A DNA stretch of 64,000 bases, from the NCBI GenBank assembly GCA_048013815.1, contig CM106586.1, positions 15,624,001 to 15,688,000 on the forward strand, written 5' to 3'. The stretch comes from Setoptus koraiensis (Eukaryota; Animalia; Arthropoda). The position numbers were made by a program, and so were the translations under genes. Under the pieces are notes generated by a model. That model was not told where the DNA came from. It was given only the letters and a program-made list of their open reading frames with translations, and did not search any database. This document shows, one piece after another, positions 56,926-64,000 of the stretch (position 1 is its first letter; every line of letters starts with the position of its first letter).

Positions 56926-59191
56926 TTAACTCTTTATGTCCACATGTGCCTCTCGCGTGAGCCGACTGGGCAACTGAGCTAACTTGGAGCCTGTTTCAAC
57001 CTTATCCGGGTCGCTTATCATCAGTGTGGTGATAGTGCCATCAATGGACGCTAAAACAAGCGCATACCTATCCGCGCTCACCCTCACTTGGCTCACTTCG
57101 CTGGATGGCCGATATTTGGCTAGTATTTGCCCATCGCGAACTCTAATCAATAGCAACAGGCCGCCATTTCCGGCCGAAGATGACGCGCTACCTGTCGAAG
57201 GGCCCCCAGCGGTCAGCCCACCAGGCCCAGTTTGAGCGTAGCCAATCAGAACGTAAACGTACTGGTCATTTGGGCCGCAGAAGGAACAAAATTTCACTTT
57301 GTTTGCCGTTATGGCTGCGTTTGGCTCATTTGCTTGACCAGTGGTGCTGCTTAGTTGCTTGCCTACTGATGTGGTCAGTTCAGTTGGTGCTGCCACTGAC
57401 GGTGAAGCGGAAGCGCCCTGGCCCGCAAACGACGATTGTATGTTGGCCAGATGAGAGTGCGACAATAGCAACTTTATCGACGAGCCCAGTCGCATCTCAA
57501 GCAATTCCAATCCCGACGATGCCGTCTTGCCAAATGCGGCCTTCACATTGGAGTGGCCCGTTCCGGCTAGAATACCTGCCGCGCTGCCCGCCATCAACGA
57601 GAACCAACTGAGTCCGTAGCGGCCGTCGCTGGTGATTTTGCCGCTCCAATTGTTGAACTGAACCAACAATTGTCTGGTGTAAATATCCAACAAGCACGTG
57701 GTTTCGCGTTCTTGGTCTATGAGGGCCACAACCGACGATCTGTTGTCTCTATACAGCGCCAGAGATTTCATGCGAGTGAATTGATTGTCAGCGGACAGGT
57801 ACAATTGATCGGGCGCGACCACTGTACCGCCGCCCGGCACTTGCAAATGCGATCTGTTGTTGTGGTTCTTGTTGATGTTGGCATGGCTAGACGAGCCGGA
57901 CAGGCCGGTTTGCGGCTGTTGTTGTTGTTGTTGTTGATTGATTTGAATGGTGCGTAACAGGTAACCGTCACGACTGGAGTGGACATTGATAACGACAGGC
58001 GGACGTTGTATGACGGACGATTGGCGTCGGCGGCGCATTCTCTCGTCCAGAATGTAGCCACCGCCAATGGGGAAATGCTGTTGTTTGTTTGTGTTTGGGG
58101 CCAGCGCCACACTTACAAGATATTGTTGATCTCGCGTGAGTATGGGCAGCCTGATTGCTTGCAACAGCTGACGCGAACTCGAAGCCTTCGTTTGGCGCCT
58201 CTTCAAATTGGCACCGTGTCGCGTTGGCTGATGGTGCTGATCATGAATGAGCCCAGTTTGGCCAGACCGAATGGACGAGCTCACTGTTTGGCGGGTGTCG
58301 AGCGTTGTAGAAGAGTGGCCGCCGTGTTGCCACCATGACAATTGTTGTTGCGAGTTGCCAACAGTTGACGCACCAAATTGATTATTGTATGACGCAAGCG
58401 AACAGGAGAACGTTGGCGTCAAATAGTCCAGCTCGTACAGCGCCTCACACTGGTGCAAATTATCGCTCACCTGTCGCACCTGAATGAACACCCTTTTAAC
58501 TAGCTTTGACACGTTTGAGCGCGAACCATCGGCGCTCGTCAGGTCTTGGCCGTCTTGGCGATCGCTACTGCTGACACCGTCGCTACTGCTGCCGGCGGCC
58601 ATGTCGTCGTCGGAAGTTTGCGCCACCGGCTGCCGGTCATCGTAGTCGCCAAAGTTACTGGTCAGCGGAACGTCACTCTCGCAAACAATTATGAAACGTG
58701 AATCCTGTGAGAAAAATCGCACCATTCTCACCAGACCCGGCACTTTGATTTGGCCCATCAAACCGGCCACTTGTCCGTTATTTGTTGTTTGTCGTTGTTT
58801 GTGTCGACCGTTTGGTAAGTTGTCCGTTTGACAGTTTGAGGATGAGTGCTCATGCTGCTGCTGCTGCATCACTGTCACTGTTGCCCCATAACTTGTATCA
58901 GCTGATGAACGTTTGCTTGCCCGATGATTGGACTCAATTAGATGATCTACATTCCACAGTGTTACGCAATGTTGCAGCTGCTGATGACTGTTGTGACTCG
59001 CGGCGACATTCTTTTGCTGCTTTTTACTGCTGTTGCTGGCTGCCTGCACCGCTTGCACAATAGCTGTCTGACCAACTACCAAATACAGTCCGTTGGCGCT
59101 CATTCTCACCGCCGTCACTATGCAACTGTCCACAGGTGAGACCGTGTCGTGGGCGCCCTTGCCAATCTCATATATATTGTGCAATGGATCG

Positions 59192-59279
<88 letters not shown>

Positions 59280-62200
59280 GCGAGCAAGAGTCTAAAAATA
59301 CCGGCTGGCACGTGGCCAACAATTTGATGGTGCGCCAATCCCAAATGCCCACCTCTTTGCTTGTGACACCGGCCACATAGCTGCGCTGTTTGGCCATACT
59401 GAGTGCCTCAATGGGCATGGACAGCCGCCTGATATTGTGACTTTCTTCGAACACATTGGCCAAGTTCCATATTTTGACAGTGCGATCCATTGAGGCGCTT
59501 GCAATGAGCAAATCTGTGCCAATTTGTCTCTTGAGCGATTCATTATCGTTATCCTGGCTTCGCGTGTCATGTTGTTGTTGCTCGTCCTCTTCCTCCTCTG
59601 CAATCTTGTTGCCATTGTCGCCGTTCGATCCATCAGCATTTCCGGCAAACGGTTCCCAGGAAAAGTTGTCCAATTGTTTGAGTTGTCGCAATTGCAATAT
59701 GCGCCCATAGTGTGCATCAAACTGCCTGAGAAGACGGCCGGTGCCCGGCTGACCGGGCAGACTCCACATAAACAAAGTGTTTCGTATGGCGCCTATGGCG
59801 TAATTATACTTGTTGAAAGTTGACTGTCTCAACGACTGTTGCGGCGAACGCGTGCACCCGTTCGTTAGCAATTGAAACTTTGTGAGGCACTTGTTGGGCT
59901 CTATGGAGATGTTGCGCTCGTTTGGGGGCAGATAAACGCAGTGATAATTGCAGCCACCCGTCGTGTTGTTGTCCGCTTTAGTTGGTTGCTGCTCCTGATT
60001 GAGATAAACAACGACAATTTTGTTTATGTAGTATATCACAACTGCCACCGAGCCACATTCTTGCTGCCTTGTAGCTGGCGAGGGCGCCAGCTCAGCAGAC
60101 AGATGGTGCCCAGCCAATGTGGTGCCCAGATTTTGTTCATTCAAAAAATCGTCAAAGTTGTAATTTGACATCGCCTTAGTTGCGCTCGTCCTTGAATACG
60201 CGCCGCTCGCTTCCATTGGGCCCGGTTTGTTGTCTGTGATGAGCTCTATCGCAAGCGGCAAACGAGCCTTGTTGCATCGATTGTCCAAATCCAGCCGGAA
60301 GTTGACAGTGCCCATCGCGGTGCCGCTCAGTTCGTGCGATCTGCTCATTCTGCGTATCTGCTGAGCCAGATCATAACCAAAGTAACTAGAGCGCCGCTCG
60401 TGCGACTCCGACGGCAATTCAGTGGATTTGTCAGCGTGGGGCCCGTCGCCGTTCGCAACGCCATTAACTTGTATTGGCTCTTGACGCTCGATGGAGCAAT
60501 CATTGAATAAAGACAGCGACAGGTTGTTGTTGTTGTTGTTTGGGGCCAGTTTGCTGCGTTCGCTTCTGTTGGCCCAGATTTGTTTTGGTTGCGACCAGCA
60601 GGTTTTTCGTAACCGATGCATCGTGATTTGGCCCCTGTTGTCGTCGCTGCACAAAAAGACACGATTCAATTGACTGTTAAAAATCACGCCAGAGCTAACA
60701 CGCAACGGGTTTGGCCAGATATTGTAGCTGGTGGTCAAACGGGCGCCATTGATGCATGTAATCATTTGGGCAGTTTGCACCCATTGGACACTGTTGTCCC
60801 TTCTGTCTTGCAGTGTCAGCACCAGAATATCACATCGGCGCTCGCCTGTCACCAGTTTGCCATTTGGCTGCTCGAACAACTTGTCAGAGTGTTCTTTTCT
60901 GCACTGGCGCGACTTGGCCTCCAATCTGCATTGTTTCACTTGGATTATCTTGAAATTCTTTCTGTCGAGCGGAGCGCCCACTGTTTGCACAATTGTCTCA
61001 ATCGCCTCGGACTTGTTGCTGGCCTTGCTCACCATAGATTCCAACGACTCTACGCGCTCTAACGCGATCTGGCTCACAGACTGACCGTCGCCCGTGTCGT
61101 TCAGCGACTGACCGTCGATGTCGCCAGAGTCGCTGTTGACGATGCTCATCACCAGCCAATGGGCCTCAGTCCACACCAAGAAGCGATCCTTGGCGTCATC
61201 GATCAGTTGGAGGCCGCGAATTTTGTGTCTGGCGTCGCGCCTGCCGGCCTGGGTCTGTGCGCCCTGCTGGCCCCAAACGATGGGCCCCTCGCTGCTCGGT
61301 CGCTCGTCGCCAGACTTTTCATCGATTTCGCCAGACTTTTCATCGATTTCGCCAGACTTTTCATCAGCGCGTGTCTCACTCTTGCCGGCTACATCTGGGC
61401 TCGCCGGCTCGTTGGAGAAGAGCGCCAGATCGTGGGCGAGCAACGGGTCGTTGAGGTCGCGAATTGTCACTACCTGGGTGAGAATGTTCATTGCAACCAT
61501 GACGTTGAGATTTGTGTAAGCGAGCGCAAATTCGTCGTCGCTTGTTAATCGCAGCTCCAACATCAGACCCTCAATGTTTGGCAAGACATCGCGTGATTTT
61601 TCGCCCGTCGCTATGTCCCACATGACAAATCTATTAGACACTGACAGTATGTAACGTTCGTCCGATGTAACGGCAAAATCCCACACGGCAAACAGATGAT
61701 CCTCGAGCGAGCACACCAATGGCCCGTTTGGCGTTTGCAAACAATGATCCGTGGGCAACAGGGCGCAATCCTGGCATCCGTGCGAGTCGCATTGATCTAG
61801 CAACTGGTTGACATATTTGTAATTGGCCGGCCTCAACGGTATGAGGCGCGCCAACAAATGGGCCGCCAGCATGTCGGGTTGAGCGTGCAGCATGCTACTG
61901 GACAATCTCATGGTGTCAATTAATAATTTTATCTGTTTTATCATGGATTTCAATTGGCGGCCGTCCAATTCGTCGGGCCCCACGAACGTTTCCACTTGCT
62001 GCTGGCCCAAGAGGCCGTCGCCGGTGTGATTGTACCACTGCTGGCCGAAATTGGAGGAGGCCCGGCGCTTGGCGGCCGCCAGTGCCGCCACAGCCGCTTC
62101 CTCTTCTCTCGTTTTCGCCTGGCTGTTGAGACACATTCGCAGCTGTTGGCTCAATTTTTTGCTTGCGTCCATCAGATCCAGCAGCATCGATTGCAGCGGA

Positions 62201-64000
62201 CTGGAGCACAGTTTTGCCTGAATCCATTTGTAGTTGAACAGCACCAACTGGAACAATTCCTGGTAGCGGCCGCACTGCATCAGGTGATAGGGCAGCTCGA
62301 TGAGTTTGCGCAAATTGTATCGCCGGGTGGACAGGTCGCTGTTGCACAGCGAAGCCGTTCGCTTCTGATCGAGCATTAACTGACCGGAAGTGGTCTGGTG
62401 CTGCTGCTGCTGTTGTTGTTGCTGCTGTTGCGTGTTGCTCGTGGACGCGCTGGCCGCCACCACTTGCACGTGGTAGAACAAGGGCTGAGCCGGAAGTCGC
62501 CGGTCGGCCTTGGGACAATGGAGCGCCGACTGAGCAACTGTGGACTGTTTTGGTCTGGTGGATGAGGCGCTCGCTTGCTGCTGCTGCTGCTGTTGCTGCT
62601 GTTTCATGGTGGCCGCCAGCAGTTTCACCTGGGCCTTGGTATAGGTGAACGGCTTGGGTTTGTCGGCCCATTTTCCGATGAAATAATCGGCCATAATGGA
62701 GTGAATATAATTGAATTGTTGCGCGTCGCTCAGGTATCGCTCGTGCACAACGGGCGCAAATTGTTTGTGGTACCATTGTAGCACGATGCCGTCTGAGTCG
62801 CGTTCGCTCAGGTAATTGGGCAAATCGTTGCAAATGCGCGTCCACAACAGGGGCGGAATACGTCTGACGGGCGGCAAATGATACTGATACACATCGTTCA
62901 GCACAATGTCGTCCATGGACAATAGATCCTCGAGCTCGTTCTCGCTGATGCCAATTTTGGCCGCCGTCACGTAAGACAGGCTGTGCTTGGTGAGCAAGTG
63001 GCCGTGTTGCAGCTCAATTCTGGCAAACAAACGATTTATCGACTCCTCCACGTTACTGGACAGATAATGGGCCCCGCTGTGAAAGGCCCGACTGCTCATG
63101 TGAAACTGGCTGGCACTTGGCGACCTGGCGTCGGCCTGGCCGTACGTGGAGGCCGACTGTATCGAGATGCTGTTCATGACATTGACGTGATCGCTGAATT
63201 GCTGACGCCACATCAACAAATCCGACGAGTCCGATCCGTTGTATTGGGCGCCCCCGGCGCCGGTCTCAAGCAGCAGCGACGCGGCACCCAGTTGCAGTTG
63301 ATTGGCTAACGAGGGCCGAGGCGAGCTGCGGGGCCCCGCCTGTTGGTGTTGCTTCTGTTGGCTGGTGCTGTAAATTCGTGACGTATAAGATTTCCACTCG
63401 CTTATCTCGCCAAAGGCCAATTTGAGATAGATGGGCAGGCCGCAATTGTTGAGCGCGTCGCCCACAATGGACCACTGCGACTCGGTAAGAGTGCGGCCCG
63501 ACGCGAGCAGCCATTCTCGCATCACTTCTACGGCCATATCGCCACTGAGCGATTTCAGATGCAGCATGGAGGCCCGAACGAGCCGCATTGCGACGCTCTG
63601 GCCGCTTGTCAGCACTTGGGCCCCATTTACTTGCTTGGTTGTCTTATTGGCCGCTTGCAGGCACTTATGGAACAGCTCGGATAGCAAGAAGGCGAATTGC
63701 GTTGTGTCGGCGCCGGCGGGCGCTGGCTCTCTCTCTGGCACCTCTGCGTCGTGCAGATCCGCAGAGGTGCACGATATTATGAGGCGCACATTGGGCGGAA
63801 AATAGCTCTTGAAGATCCAGCAAAACTTCAGTTCGAGATTGTGCTGCTGCGGGCCGCTCAATTGGTCCACGCTGTCCAACACCAGAACGAACAGGCGCTT
63901 CCGGTGCAGCGGGTGCCAGCAATTTTGCAGGAGCTGCTTAAACATGAACACCAGGCGCACGAAATCCTCGGGAATGGGCTCGATGGCGAACTGGGGCCGC
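56926..64000 (-). CDS. NWD2: NACHT domain and WD repeat-containing protein (NWD1/NWD2 family), 5'-partial (continues past the window edge)
   Basis: Walker-B-like LVLDSVDQL, LFARIELQHGHLLTKHSLSYVTAAK, VYQYHLPPVRRIPPLLW, YNLRKLIELPYHL, LEDHLFAVWDF and SASMDRTVKIWNL WD repeats. The frame is still open at position 64000. Confidence 0.9.
59191..59277 (-). repeat. Perfect (AAC)29 coding microsatellite giving poly-Asn in the NWD2-like protein
   Basis: 29 consecutive GTT triplets on the + strand. Confidence 0.95.

Overview
Eukaryotic, not prokaryotic, DNA: GT-AG introns, microsatellite-derived poly-Q/N/T tracts and mostly intron-poor genes. The style fits a compact arthropod genome, possibly a mite (inference only). 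Gene order: an orphan secreted/membrane protein (+), an MFSD6-like transporter with an unexplained 5' end (+), an ELL-associated factor Eaf (-), a 500-N scaffold gap, one very large ankyrin gene (+, about 13.8-50.4 kb), mitochondrial P5C dehydrogenase (+), an F-box gene (-) with a fold-back inverted duplication and a deleted pseudocopy, and an NWD2-like NACHT-WD40 gene (-) that runs off the right edge. The sequence flanking the gap (roughly 7-24 kb) looks like low-accuracy long-read consensus, so the ankyrin-repeat exon is full of indels. Main discoveries, all from manual splice-phase analysis: (1) a 4,023-nt Lys/Glu-rich ORF in the intron that splits ZU5-B has an in-phase acceptor and would give an ankyrin that keeps ZU5-A but swaps UPA/death domain for a 1,340-aa charged tail; (2) a post-death-domain array of symmetric phase-1 exons (780, 108, 1,227 and 5,202 nt), an alternative (DRP)n terminal exon and a candidate 9-nt microexon; (3) a diverged P5CDh fragment inside an ankyrin intron, flanked by a 13-bp direct repeat; (4) a microhomology-joined complex duplication of the F-box gene. 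No tRNA, rRNA, CRISPR array or intact transposon was recognised.
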